Source: Eledone cirrhosa (taxonomy: Eukaryota). From it: DNA of 64,000 nt. A program made the translations under genes and the position numbers. Of the stretch, positions 27,878 to 41,994 are shown one piece after another. Under the pieces are notes generated by a model. It had not been told where the DNA came from and made no database searches. It was given only the letters and a program-made list of their open reading frames with translations. Location of the stretch: the NCBI GenBank assembly GCA_964016885.1, contig OZ024744.1, positions 70,742,001 through 70,806,000 of the forward strand, read 5' to 3'. How positions within the stretch are numbered: position 1 is the first letter of the stretch; every line of letters begins with the position of its first letter.

Positions 27878-28335
27878 GATATACACACACACACACATGG
27901 ACCCCCCCCCCCCACACGGACCCCCCCCACACAGACAGATAGATAGATAGAGTAGGTGTTTAAAAAGCCATAATACTTAAAACGTTCAAACATTAACTGA
28001 ATAAGCACTCAATATATGTACTTGAGTGTACATTTTATTTTCTGGGTAGAAAAGTAGCAGTGACTTCGAAGTTTCACATTGGACACGGCCAAACTGGAAC
28101 TCTATTCCTAATTCATCTTTTGGACTGAGTGCTCTTCCAACTTTGGATATAACCTGATTTTTCACTGTCCTATGTATATACAGAGAGAGAGAGAGTGAGA
28201 GAGAGGGGGGAGGAAGAGAGAGAGAGAGGAGTGAGAGTCGGACAAAGATATACACACTCTCATACACACATAAAAAAGTACACATACCTACATACATACA
28301 TGCATATATATATATATATATACATACATATACAC

Positions 28336-28909
28336 ATGGTGGCTGCCAACTCGTTTTCGAGTACGGCCACTACTTTACATCCATGTAGGAGAACCCCTAC
28401 TGATGCACTGAACGAGTGTGACTTTTTAGTCCAGCCTGCGACTTGAAAACTCTGGTACAAACACTACACCTGTGACAATTATTGACACATAGTGCTGGGC
28501 CCATGGTACCATGTGATGACAAGTGCAGAGAGATCTCCAGATATAAAGCAATGCCTGTGCCGTGAACCTTTTATAGTGAGCAAAGGCACTGCACAAAGCC
28601 AGTCCCACTCTCTTAACCAAGATGATATTTACCAAAAAGAAGAACAAGTCAACATCATTGGATACCATCAGGGTTGCAGGTGTTATATCAGAGTTTTCCT
28701 TCTCCTAGAATTCTGCCTTGACAAAGGCTAAGGGGTCATCTCTCCCGGTGATTTTGGATGGCCATTGACTCTTAAGAGCTCCTTTGCCCTTTGACAGGTT
28801 TTGTTTTTAGTCCTGCAGGATGTCCAAAGTCACCCTCCTCACTAAGAAACCTTGGTGGGGCTGCCAGTTTAGTCGCCAATGACCCGACCATGAGACAGGT
28901 TGTACTGGG
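28336..28909 (-). mobile_element. Non-autonomous RTE-related element, copy 2
   Basis: Near-identical to 11931-12483; related pieces at 6802-6848, 29035-29148 and 45251-45880. Confidence 0.7.
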
Positions 28910-28994
28910 ATACATAAATACATACATACATATATAAATACATACATACACACATACATACATACATACATACATACATACATACATACATACA

Positions 28995-29025
<31 letters not shown>

Positions 29026-29330
29026 TTTTTAAAGTGAGGGAAGACTGGACACTGAGCCAATCCCACTCTCTGAGCGTTAGTAGATGTAACCCGAAAAGAA
29101 AAAAAGATCAACATCATCGGTAACTACTGAGCCGCAGGTTTTATATCGTACATACATACACGTATATACATACATATACACATACATACATACACATATA
29201 TATATATATACACATACATACATGCATGCATATATACATACATACATATATACATACATATATAATGCATACATACATACATACATACATACATACATAC
29301 ATACATACATACATACATACATACATACAT

Positions 29331-30310
29331 AAAAAATATCATTAGAATAGCGACTGATCTGGAGGAGAGATATGGAATAAAGCCTGATATAAATCTCTCA
29401 CCCAGAAAAATCGGAAGATCCTATTCAATGTTCAAACACGATGAAAAGATTGACCAATTTACAGAAAAAGTGGTGCATGGATACTTGAGACGTAAAACAC
29501 AGACCATAGAGGGGATAAACCACTCAAAAAGCCTGGCATGGAGTTTCGACAAGTTTATGACATTACACCTTGAGGGATATCTCTATGCAATACAAGAACA
29601 AGAACACCCTACCAAATATCTGCTGCACAAAAGAGGAGGGCCATCAGCTGACAATAAATGTAGGCTATGTAACACAAAGATCGAAGATGTAAGCCTTATT
29701 GTTGCCAGCTGCGAAAGAATGTCATCTCGCTACTACCTCCCCATGAGACACGATGGGATAGCTAGAACCATCTGGAACGCACTTCGGAAAACAAAATTAA
29801 CAACAAACGAGGAAGAATATATTGAGACAGATGGCACTAAGGAATACTGGTGGAACCTGAAAATAAAAACTGCCACCAAATTAAAGCACAACCGGCCTGA
29901 TATTGTTGTTTGGGACCACACATTGAAAACGTGTTCTGTTGTGGAGATCAGCTGCCCACTTGATGTAAACATTCTCAGAAAAATACAGGAGAAGGAGGAC
30001 ATCTACGGACCATTGATGAGGAGTTTGCAAATCCAGTATCCAAGATGCACCTTTAGCTTCATACCCATCATTATTGGAGCTACGGGTTATATACCAACCC
30101 GTTTGGACCAATGTATAACTGAACTTGGATTTGTGGACAAAGAGCGCAGCTCCCTAATTCATAGTCTACAAATGGCTGCGATAGCTGGCACCTTTAAAAT
30201 TTGCAAAACATTCTTGCGATTCAAGGGATGACAATTTCTTTTCTTTTACAACCTTGCCACCAGGAAGGTGACAGGTCAAAAATATACTCGAAATTAAGAG
30301 AAAGAGATAA
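29331..30310 (+). mobile_element. R4/Dong-clade LINE 3' fragment; ORF 29428-30231 with Cys-knuckle and RLE
   Basis: EGYLYAIQEQ, CRLC..E....IVASC, RHDGIA, NRPDIVVWD, VEISCPLD; flanked by (ATAC)n on both sides. Confidence 0.9.
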
Positions 30311-30607
30311 ACATACATACATACTTACATACATACTTACATATATACATACATACATACTTACGTACGTATACACACACACACACACACACACGCACAG
30401 ATGCGTACGTATATACACATACACTCACACACATACACGCATATATTTATATATTTATGTATATATACACATGCTATCGTATTTCTAAATCTATGTCTGT
30501 GTGACTTTGATGTTAAGCCATCCGGAAAATTTATAATCTGTCATCATCATCATCATCATCATCACCAGCATCATGATCATCACCATCATCATCATCATCA
30601 TCATCCC

Positions 30608-30639
<32 letters not shown>

Positions 30640-30859
30640 CTTCTCCGTCCCAAACCACAACTGCTACTACCACCACCGCCATCCCCACTACCATCACCAA
30701 CACCACCATCACCACCAACACCACTACCATTAACACCACAACCACCATCATTACCCCGATCCTCTAAACACAACTACTACTACTACCACCACCGCTGCCA
30801 TCACCGTTACTAACATCCCCACCACCTAACTACCACCACTACCACTACGACCATAATCA

Positions 30860-31310
30860 CCACACCACCACTAAAAAACACCACACCACCACTGAAAAAT
30901 ATCACAGCGTCATTAAAAAACACCACACCACCACTAAAAAACACCACACCACCACTAAAAAACACCACACCACCACTAAAAATCACCACACCACCACTAA
31001 AAAAACAACCACACCACCACTAAAAAGCACTACACCACCACTAAAAAACACCACAGCATCACTAAAAACACTACACCACCACTAAAAATCATCACACCAC
31101 TACTAAAAAACACCACACCACCACTAAAAAACACCACACCACCACTAAAAATCACCACACCACCACTAAAAAAACACCACAGCACCACTAAAAACACTAT
31201 GCCACCACTAAAAAACACTACACCACCACTAAAAACACTACACCACACTAAAAAAACACCACAGCACCACTAAAAATACTACACCACCACTAAAAAATAC
31301 CACACCACAC
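30860..31310. repeat. ~21-bp minisatellite (CACCACACCACCACTAAAAAA) within CAT/CAC low-complexity tract 30540-32100
   Basis: About 20 tandem units read directly. Confidence 0.9.
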
Positions 31311-32104
31311 TGCCACAACTAATACAATACCACTACTACAGATTTAAAATATTTCTCTCCATCTCTAGGAGAAAGTAGAGATAAATAATTTAAATTATTA
31401 ACTTTCCATCTGTCTTTTTCTCCCGAGGGATGACTAGAGATAATAAATAATTTGAAGTATTAACTTTACATCTTTCTCTCTCTTTTTCTATCACCACCAC
31501 CACCACCACCACCACAAACACGAAAACCACTACTACACAACACATTAGCATCACCACTACCGCCACCACGGCGACGACGACGGCCACCACCACCGCCACC
31601 ACCACTACAAACACGAAAACCATTACTACACAATGCATTAGCACCATCACCACCACAACCTCCGCCGCCGCCACCATCACAACCATCACCACCACCACCA
31701 CCACCACCACTGCCACTACTATAATCAATATTGTCCCAACTGTCACCCCAAAACACCAACATTACAAATACCACACCACCACCACCACCTCCACCACCTC
31801 CACCACCACAAACACCACCACCACCACAAACACCCAAACTACTACTATACACAACACACTACCACAGCCACCGCCACCGCCACCACAACCATACCACCAC
31901 CGCCATGGCAATTGCCAGCACCAACACCAGCACTAACACTCCCACTACAAACACACCACACACACACACCCACACCCTGAATCAATACTAAAAACGATAC
32001 CACCACCACCACCACCACACTAAACACAAACTATCACATCACTGCATCAAACCACAACCACACCCGTAACATTACACAGCCACCGTCACCACCATCATCT
32101 ACAC

Positions 32105-33125
32105 CAGGGGTTCTCAACCTTTTTTTCGCTGTGGACCATCAAAATAAGTAATTTTTTCCTGTGGACCACCTAAACTTTAAAATCTTATAAGCATCAGTAG
32201 ATGTTTTTTTTTCAATGAATTAGAAAATGCTATTATCATGTCGCAGTGCCTAAAAATCTACGCAAATAAACAGCTGAAGTCATACTTATGCGAAGAATAA
32301 GAACAGCGCTTTAAGTCAAATGCATGGATCAAAAGAGAATTTGCTATTGTACCAAGCAACGCATAACTTATTCGTTATTAATTTGTTATTAATTAATTCG
32401 TTATTAATTCGTTATTAATTTGAATTTTTTCGATTTCATATCTCAGCGACAAATATGAAGCATTGATGTTGAGAATAAGTTTCTACTTCTAATTGGTAAG
32501 ATCGATTTGATTAGTCAATACCATTTTCACTTTGCAATGAAAGTTCCTTTTTTGGTTCCCCAAAGGGAGATGTTTTAAGCACCAAGACGACAGAGAACAA
32601 ACAAATGAGAAAACCAATAAGAAAACCAATTTGAAATGTCTATTTTTTCAATAAAGCTTTATTTGATAGAATCGAGTAGAAAAAGGTTACTGAGTCCTGG
32701 AAAACACTCCCTATCATTCAGATGAAATGGAAAGCTGTACAGTTTAAATATGATAATGTGTAGGGTAAGTTAAAAAAATGCGTGTAAACGTTTGTGGGAA
32801 TAAAACAAATTGAATTGAATTAAAAATGTCAACGACAACACAATTACGCCAAGTCATCAGACAACACGTCAAAAAACTGTCAACGAGACCCTTGTGCTTG
32901 TTTTTGATCCACAAGTTTAGAAATCCTCGACTCTATGTGGCTCAAGCGAAGTCTCAAAGTGCAATCACAGGTGCGAGGTGTGATGAGGCATGTTTCGTTT
33001 GTGTGACGTGTGGGTGTACGGAAGAATTTAAATTTTTCAGGTGGTCCACAGAAAATTTTCTGTGGACCACCTGAATTTTCCTGTGAACCACTAGTGGTCC
33101 ACATGGACCAGCTTGAGAACCCCTG
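32105..33125. mobile_element. Non-autonomous hAT (Charlie-like) DNA transposon, 1021 bp
   Basis: 13-bp perfect TIR CAGGGGTTCTCAA; perfect 8-bp TSD ATCTACAC (32097-32104, 33126-33133); subterminal GTGGACCA repeats. Confidence 0.93.
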
Positions 33126-33459
33126 ATCTACACCACCGTCACCACCACCACCACCATCACCATCAGCATTATTTCATGGTCGAACACCATGCTTTGACGC
33201 ATAGAGTTATGGCTCTTGCCATTCTGAGTTCAAATCCCGCCGAGGTTAACTTTGCCTTTCATCCTTACGGGGTCGATAAAATAAAGTACCAGCAATGCGC
33301 TGGGGTAATTGCTGGTCTTGTGCCAAAAGTAGAAACAATTATTTCTTCGATCAGGGATCAAATTTTCTTTTACTAATGGCTAAGCAACACATCTTCACTA
33401 CTTTACTTAGCCAATTCTACACTATACCACCACGATATGCCTCCCCTAACCCTAACAGA

Positions 33460-34560
33460 AAACAACACTCATCCACTACAAACACGACACTAATATACAA
33501 ACATTCGCCAACACCCATGAATAACAGCTTTCTAAATTAACTCTAGGACATTGCAGGTCTTCCTTCAAACGGATCGAGTCTGGCTTGGACCAACACCACC
33601 TCACTTGCCTCCGATCCACTTCGCAGTCAAACAGTGGTGCGTTGCTCAATTTGTTGCCCTCCTCATCAACCAGTACCAGGGCCTCCAAGAGAAATTTTGC
33701 AAGGTGATACAAGACCCCTTTGGGGCCTGAAGATTTTTTCAAAATGGATGTTGCGTGGTTGCTGTGGGGCCTTCTTAGATCTTGGGCTCCGAAACAAAGT
33801 ACCGGCTGGACCCCCCCCCCCTCTCATAGACCCTGACACTCACAGAGGAGTGGCCCAACGCATCGGCCACCGCGCGTGTGAACCACACAAATACTGTTTT
33901 AGGACTGTCGTTGAAAAGTTTACCTGCACCCACTGCCATGCCCCAGAGCGCAGGCCGGTTATGCAGACATGCTGCTCTCAACGACATATTGAGAAGGAGC
34001 TTTGATAAAACAGGTTTCCCATCACAACTGGAGCCGACAGGCCTCTACCGCAGAGACGACAAACACCCCGACCGAATTACCCTCTTCCCATATGAAGGAG
34101 GTAGATCCCTTATCTGGGAGGTCACATGTTGTGACATGTTCTCCGCATCCAAATTAGTCGCTGCGGCCACATACCCCGGTACTGCTGCTCGCTATGCAGA
34201 GGGAAGGAAAACAAACAAATACCGGAGATTGCTCGGCTGCTTCCAATTCGCGCCGGTCACCGTCGAGACCTCAGGTATTCTAGGAACCCCGTACTGTCGA
34301 GCTCCTCCGCAAGAACAGACCGTCAGCAGCTCGTCTAAGGAAGGACCGCCGCAAGGTGAGTTACCTGTTGCCGCGGGAGTCGCTGGCCATTGTCTTCGGA
34401 AATGCCTTTGCAGTTTTGTCCGCAAGGCGCAGCCCAAACACCACCGCGTCCTAGGTCAAGAGCCCATCACCCTCTCCCCTTACCTCTCTTTTTTTCTGTG
34501 GCCCAGGAGTCCTTGCCTTTTCCCTCACTTTACTCTCATGTATAGCATTTATAGTCCTTT
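33460..34560 (+). mobile_element. CRE-clade LINE 3' fragment
   Basis: RHAALNDILRR..EPTGLYRRDDKHPDRITLFPYEGGRSLIWEVTCCD..FAPVTVETSG. Confidence 0.85.
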
Positions 34561-34784
34561 CCTCTACTTTCCCGTACAGCCAGATCTGTCATTCTTTACC
34601 CATTCTTCCTTTATCTCAATACTTAATTTGCTTTATGTCATTGAATTTAGGATTAAAAGAAGTCCTTCCTTATAACCCTTTAAAATTTTGAAACCTACAT
34701 AGTTATATTACGACAAACACGCATACACACACACATACACCCCCCCACCCCCACACACACACACATACACATATATATGTATAT

Positions 34785-35162
34785 ATCCAGGGAGTGTAAC
34801 TTGGAGTTACTATATGTTCAGCCGGGTGAGCACTCGATGTTTAGGTTCACTTCTGTGTCGAGGTGTAGAGCTAGACAGAGTGTATTATGTAAAATAAAAC
34901 AAGGACGAGAGGTTACTCCTTCATTACGTTTATTAGTTGGTGATGCGCGTTTCGCCACTGATCAGCTCAAGGTTCGATCTGTATCGATCTAGCCCGACTC
35001 TGTAATCCACGACTCGTCAGACCCTTATAATCTGACGAGCCATAGATTACAGAGTCGGGCTAGATCTATACAGATCGATCCTTGAGCTGATCAGTGGTGA
35101 AACGCGCGTCACCAACCAATAAATGTAATGAAGGAGTAACCTCTTGTCTTTGTTTTATTTTA
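34785..35162. mobile_element. Fold-back mini-element: 273-bp palindrome (34890-35162) of two head-to-head hammerheads plus tail
   Basis: Arms around loop CCCTTATAA. Each arm reads CTGACGA-G(C/T)C(A/G)..TGG(T/C)-GAAA-CGCGC(G/A)-TC-ACC. Confidence 0.85.
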
Positions 35163-35169
35163 TTATATA

Positions 35170-36166
35170 CTAGTAGCAGTACCCAGCGTTGCCTGGGTAG
35201 GTAAAATAATATCTGCTTTGATGAAAAGGTGTTGATCTTAGCGACTGCTTCTCGATGACTCATCTATGGCCACACACAGGCCATGCGGGGGAGGGTGGTG
35301 ATGACCTCTATCACTGAGAAACGCGGGTAACTGACGAAGGGGTATGCTGGGCGAGGGAGGTAATGACCTCTAACACTAAGCCAAATTTCCTCACGCTACT
35401 TGATTGGAAACCGATGAATTCTCAAATACACAACTAAAAGCTCAGACGACGTCAGTGGCCATCGTTTTGCCTTTGACCATCTATAAGATGTGCAATGATA
35501 GGTTCTATCGTAGTATAAAAGTTGAACCAAATAAATTGATTTATGTGTGAGGTGGAGCCGAAGTTTCGAATTTGAACGAAATCGGTTGAAAAATGTGGGA
35601 GCTAGAGCCGAAAAGGCTGAGATTTGAGCGAAAAGGTGGTATTTTCGAATATTTAAGCGGCTTCCCCGCCGTTCCTGAACAAAAAATCCAAAATGTAAAG
35701 CCACTTTAAGACATGAAATAATCAGATCTAGCGTAGTGTAAAATTTGAACAAAGTAGGTTGATTAATGTGGGAGCTAGAGCCGAAAAAGTGGAAATTTGA
35801 GTCTAAAAGTGGTATTTTTGAATATTTAAGCGGATACCACGCCGCCCCTGAACGACATTACAGGATGTGCAATGATAAATTCTATTTTGCTTTAAAATTT
35901 GAACGAAATCGGTGGCACAAATGTGGAAGCTAGAGCCAAAAATCTTATTTTTCGATGCCTAAAAAAAGGTGACCCCCCCCCCTATCGATTTTTATCTGCA
36001 GAATGACCCCGGAATAAAAAAAAACGATACGCTGATATATAGAAAATACTCCCCGATGACTAATCTATGAGCCTGTAAAGTTTCATGAAAATCGGTCGTA
36101 AGATGTAGGCCCCTATAGGTAATACACAGACACACACAGACATACTTAATTTTATATATATACAGA
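35170..36166 (-). mobile_element. Non-autonomous Helitron-like element
   Basis: Minus: TC start, CCCAGGCAACGCTGGG hairpin, CTAG|T end; internal ~180-bp repeats. Confidence 0.78.
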
Positions 36167-36178
36167 TGTATCTATGTA

Positions 36179-36223
<45 letters not shown>

Positions 36224-36238
36224 ATAATAATAATAATG

Positions 36239-36732
36239 ATTTCATTTATTGGCCACAAGGGCCGACATGTAGGGTACACTACAAAGAAACAGACAGTGGG
36301 GGTTTACAATAAGGTCGAGTAAAAGTGTACAATGGCAAGACTAATTTAACAATGAAGATATAAAAAAATAAAATAAACTATGCATAAATATAACAAAATA
36401 AATTCCCCTATCGGGGGTGGACGACCCCGGGGTGACTCAGGTACCACACCAATCCTGAACCACCCTGCGCTTCTCGGGCACCGGGAGAGAGCACCCCTCT
36501 CCTCAAGTTAGCTAGCCTATAGGCGCATGGTCAGAGTAGGCCCATTCATACGAGCCATTCTCGCCACATTCATCCACCTTTTAGCAAATGTACTGGGGGG
36601 CAGCACTTTTCTCCCCACCCTCACCTTCCTTTCCAGGGGAAACTTAAAGAAGATGGTGAGGGATTGGCCTAAGAGAAAAGTGTATGTCTTCAGTCCTTTC
36701 AATCTGGTCCACCATATAACCTCTTTCGCAAC
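36239..36732 (-). mobile_element. Tx1-clade LINE 3' fragment between (TAA)n tracts
   Basis: AKEVIWWTRLKGLKT..FFKFPLERKVRV..F.KRW, homologous to the C-termini of the other Tx1 copies. Confidence 0.85.
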
Positions 36733-36874
36733 ATAATAATAATAATAATTGTTTCTACTTTTGGCACAAGGCCAGCAATTACTGGTACTGTATTTTATCG
36801 ACTCTGTAAGGATGAAAAGCAAAGTTAACCTCGGTGGGATTTGAACTCAGTCCATAAAGGATAATGATAATAAT

Positions 36875-39800
36875 GCTTTCTTTATTAACCACAAGGGTTT
36901 ACACAAAGTAAGACATTAAGGACAAGACAGGACAGTATAGGACGGTATAATGGGCATTTCTGCGTGTAAAAAAAAACAAAAACAGAGGATGTAACAAAAA
37001 AAAGGAACAATCAAAAATTCCCCAATAAGGGGGAGACTTCCGAGGGACATTCGTGGAAAAAGCCCATTAAAAAAGCCTCGGTGACCCTAACCACCAGGGC
37101 AAGTGCCCTCTCCTAGTTTTCCACCTTCAGTTTACAGACTCAGAGTAGGTCCATTTACTCGGGCCATTCTTGCCTCTCTCACCCATCTTTCAACAAAATG
37201 CTGGGAAGAGAGCACTTCCCTCTCTACTCTGATTTTCCTATTCAAATGAAATTTGAAAAAAGTTAATCAGAGCATCACCGAAGAGGTAAGTGGTCGTCTT
37301 CAACCCTTTCAAACGTGTCCACCATACTATCTCTTTCGCCATGGCCACCAGACAGATAAAAACTTCCTGCGCTTCCCGGCTAAAGGAAGAGGGCGGAGCA
37401 ATCCTCACGATGGACTCAGCTGATAGCCGGATCCGTCCTACATGCGACAGCAGGTGTTCGACATAAACCCACAAGTCAGAATGCTCAGACACTGGACGAG
37501 TGCGTGCAGGACGGTTTCGTCGCCCTGCGCGCATTTCGGACATGCCTGTAAAGTTTATCCCGAACTGGCAAAGCTCCTCGGTAGCACTGCCAGACCAGGT
37601 ATTTCTGGAAGTTGTCCATAGGCCCCGGCCCGAAAGTTCTCCCGAAGAGATTGGCTAGTTGATTTTCGTCGACGCCTAGAGTTTCCCCAAGTACGTCGTC
37701 GCTCTTTCCCTCCACTAATCCTGTATAGAACGCCAAGGTGGAGTTTCCACCGATCGCATTGCCCGACTGGTCGAGGGCTGTGAGCGCCTGAAGACATTCC
37801 AGTCTCCAAGCGCTCCCACTCGGTCTTCGCTTGACCCAGGACTGCAGCTCCGTCAAGGAGACGAGCTGGAGAAACACGCGTCTAGCAAAAGGAGACCACA
37901 CCTGATCACCGTCGCGGAAGAGGTGGAGATGTCGTAGCCTGAGCGCGTGTCTTCGCATCATTAGCCACGGCATGCCCAGCCCTCCACGTAGCAGGTGCTG
38001 ACAGCAGATGGACCGCCTGACCATCGGAGCGCGTCCCTTCCACAAAAAGCGAAAGAGCAAACGCTCTAGCGCAGGCAGGCGAGGCTTAGGACAAGGCACG
38101 ACGGTCAGGCGATAGTAGATGACGGACGCGATGTACGCATTCGCCACCTCGGCTCGACCTTTCAGGGATAGCTTGCTCTCTGTCCATTTCTGGGTGACAG
38201 AAGCCACTCTGCTCGTCACCTCGTCCGAGTTTTTGTCCGCCTGGAGGTCTGGACCGAACCAGACCCCTAGCAATTTAACCGGTCCGTCCCTCCAGCGTCC
38301 GACGATGCTGTTGGATGGCATGGACCTGTTTCTCCAGGTGCCGAACTGCAGGCCCACCGACTTTTCCTGGTTGATCATTGCTCCTGTCACCGCCTCGTAT
38401 TCTCTTAGTGTAGTGCCGATCACATCCCGCGACCAGGCCCGCCGCTGCCCCCGAACAGCTGAGCGAAGTATTGCTGAAAAGCTTCATACATTTGCCCGAG
38501 ATCGAGTAGCATGCGCCCGTCGTGGTCTACCAAAGACCGGATCGTGGCTTTGTTGCCACGACGCATCTCCGCCACTCGGGCCCATTTAACGGCTTTCGTC
38601 CCCTCGTGTCTGAGAGCACGCACCCTAGCTCTGACAACGCAGCCTTCGTGCTTTGCATTGAAGAATTGGTCAAGGGCCAATTTCGCCGCAAGTACGTCGG
38701 TCGCGATGCCTTTACTAAGCGCCTCGTCTAATTGTCTAACTTGTTCTCCCTCTGCTCTATTTTTCTCTATTGCTAACGCCTTACTAAATCTAATGGACTC
38801 TATTCTAATCGCTCTTTTCAGAGCAAACCACCATTTGTTGTTGACGATGACCCCCCGTCAACGCCCGCTTAACTGGTTCGCTAATCCGGTCTCTGTAGGC
38901 CTTGCGCGCTGTTAACGACGCGTTTAGCTTCCAGTAGCTGGGTCCCTGTTTATGAAGCCTATCTAAGTCAACCACACAGATCACGAATTTGTGGTCCGTG
39001 TAGTCGACTATCTTGTTTTGTGGACAACCTATGCTAGACCTATCTATTTCCCTACAAAATAGCCTATTTAGATATGATCTGGATGACCCGATGCGGTTTG
39101 TCCATGTGCACATTCGCACATATGGGAAATCCAGATGGTACCTGTCAGACAGTTGAAAACGTCTGAGTAGGTTTGCGAGGCTTTTACACCCTCCTCCCCT
39201 ATCCGTATTCCCACACAGTCCCAGCGTGCATCTAAGATCCCGTTCCAGTCGTCCACTAACACTAAAGAGCGGGACGTTCCAAGAAAGGTCTCAGAGGCCG
39301 GAAGAAATCAGGCTGCCCTGCTTCTGTCGGGGCATAGACGGCTACTAGCCTGAAAGCTTTCCTGTCTCCACTGGTCACGTCCAGTTTCACCAACTTACCT
39401 TCTAGGTTCAGGAAGATGGCCCGTATGGCGAGATACAAGCCTCTCCGAAAAAGCACCCCCCCTCCCCTCGCCGATCCTGGACGGCTGGGAGATGCGTATA
39501 CATCGTAGCCGCCGAAGATCGGTGCGAAGGCTCGTGCTTCGGAGATTCTGGTCTCGCTAATGGCCACCACATCTATGTTTAGTGACCTGAGGTCGTTGAG
39601 CAGGTGACCCCGCTTCCATGACGGCCCCAGGCCACGCGCATTTATACTGCTATTTGAGTAAGGTCGTGTTGAAAAGGAGTGGAAAAAGATGGGAAAGACC
39701 ACTTACCTCACTTCTTGTGGAGGAAGGATGGTTTTTCCGTGCTTCTCACTGTTTGTGGCCCCTTCCGGAAAGATGTGTTTATAAATCTTCCTGGAAAGTG

Positions 39801-41952
39801 TTTATCGGAAGTCTCCGATGTCATTGGGGGAATTTTAATTTTAATGTCGTGTGTTTTCTGTGTGATGCGAGTGATTTGTATGTGCGGAGGTGGTGTGCAG
39901 TTTTGGGGTGTTGTATAGTCTTTTTCTGTGATGCTGGTGTTGTGTTGGATGTTGTGTAATAATTGGTTGTTCAAATTTAATGCTGTGTAGTGTGTATCGT
40001 TTTGGTTGCTTTGTTTTGGGTTTGTTTCTGTTTCGCTTGTTGGTGATTTTTGTGGTGTTGGTGATGGTGGTGTTGGGGTTAATGATGGTAATGGTGTTTG
40101 TGTTTGTGGTGATGGTGCTGGTGATGCTGGTGTGGGTGGTGACATAGCTGTCTTAACTTTTTTGTTAGTTTGTTTGTTTGTTTCGCCCTGCATTTTGTTT
40201 TTGGAGGGCGAAGGAAGAGGATTTTTTCATTTTTTTTTTCTTTTTTCCAGATACAGTTTCCCACTTCTCCTCGTCGTTACAATCTGTCTCCAGTTGCGAG
40301 AGGTCGGGGAGTGGAAAATCCTCCACAGGCGTTGGTTTTGGATGCGGCCAGGTGGATGGTAGAGGCGCTGGTGCTAATTCTGGCGCAGTTGGTGGTGGTG
40401 GTGTTGGTTTTGCTACTGTTGCTGCTACTGTTGCTGTTATTGTTGCTGCTACAGTTACTTCTGTTGTTGCTGCTACAGTTGTTGCTGCCATTTCTGCTGC
40501 TGGTTTTCATGGTTGAGTCACTGGGGTGGACAGGAGAGGTGGTCACAACTTTTTAGCATGAGGGCTGAAAGCCATTAGGTGGGTTCCTTCGCCACAAACG
40601 ACACACCTAGGCCTTCTACCCTCAACGATTACGGTGAGGTGGCTGCAGTCATTGAGGTCTATCACCTCTGGAATTTCCTGTATGTTTTTTTGGTCCGCTT
40701 GGATCAGGAGCTCCATCCCATATCCGGCTCAGTTCTCCTGCTTTATTTTTATCACCTCAATTACTTTTATGTCGGCCTCGATGTCGGCGAGGACGGCAGC
40801 CATTAGCCAGGGAATTTCAATGACCGGCGGAACCTGGGTCACCCTGATCCTTACCAGCCTCTGACCACAATAGCTTGGGAGGAGTGTGAACTCGTCACTT
40901 TTTAATGGGGCCATGTAGTGCTCTCTAGCTTCCTGTGGGGTTCTAAAGAACACGTCTACGGTTCCATATTTTTGCCCACGTCTGATGCGGGTTTTTTGAG
41001 CCCACACATGTCCCAAAGCTTTTTGTATCTGGGACTCGGATGCCCGTTCCACTCGGCGTGTTTTAATATTTATTGTGCGATATGACACGGTGCATAGGTG
41101 CCGATGCTCCATGGTATTAGATGGGAGGCGGGGGGCGGGGTCTGACCGTGTAACCATATTTTTTTACCATTCGCTTGGCTTCATTCAATTCTTCCCGGCT
41201 TACCTCAACCGTTTCGATTTTGTTTGCCGCTTTAGCAAACGCCATATTTGGTTTTGCGCTGGTGTTGATGTTGTTGTTGTTATTCTTATTGTTGCTGTTG
41301 TTGCTGTTGTTGTTATTGTTATTTTTGTTATTATTATTTTTAGTTTCAGTTGTGGTGATGGTGGTGGTAGTATCAGTGGCGTTCGGCGTGGAAGGGTCGA
41401 ATTTGGGAGAATCCATTTCAATATCACGAGATAATAATTTATTTTTTGTTTCAGTTGTTGCTGTGGTGGTGGTATCAGTGGTGTTGGTTGTTTTTTTTTG
41501 GGGGGGGGGGGGCATTGTCGTGGTGGGGATGGCGGCTTTAACACCTGTAGACATTGGTAATGGTAATGGTGGGAAATCCATGTCTGCATGTGAAAAATCT
41601 AAATAATTGCCACTGCTATTACTTATATTTTCAGTGTTGGCAACCGTAGCAAGGTTTACAATGGTGGTGGTGGTGGTGAGAGATGTTAGTCTGTTGGAAA
41701 CGTTGTCAGCAGATTTGGGTAGCTGAATGACGTCCATGTTTTTTTTTTTTCAAAGATATTTTTGTTTGATAAAATAAAGTTTAAATTTTGGGCTCAAGGC
41801 CCCAATATTACCGAGTGTCCTTTTCAGAAGCAATATATGTGAACTTATAAACACTTAACCACAACATTTTTCCATAACTGACAATTTGAAACAACTGAAA
41901 ACAACAAACCTTTGTGGAGCTCACGATAATACGATTTCCTACGTAGGTCGCC
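36875..41952 (-). mobile_element. Tx1/L1-clade LINE with intact ends, frameshifted, RT core deleted near 38425-38460
   Basis: ORF1 pieces 41737-39708; APE (INARGL, SETR, AVYAPT, DDWN, TDHK, YWKLN); post-RT region (INQEKS, LLGVWFG, GGLGMP); (TAA)n flanks. Confidence 0.92.

Positions 41953-41994
<42 letters not shown>

Noticed and set aside
27986-28170. Possible minus-strand exon after a (CT)n tract
   Set aside because: The acceptor is plausible but there is no convincing donor or homology, and other frames are equally open.
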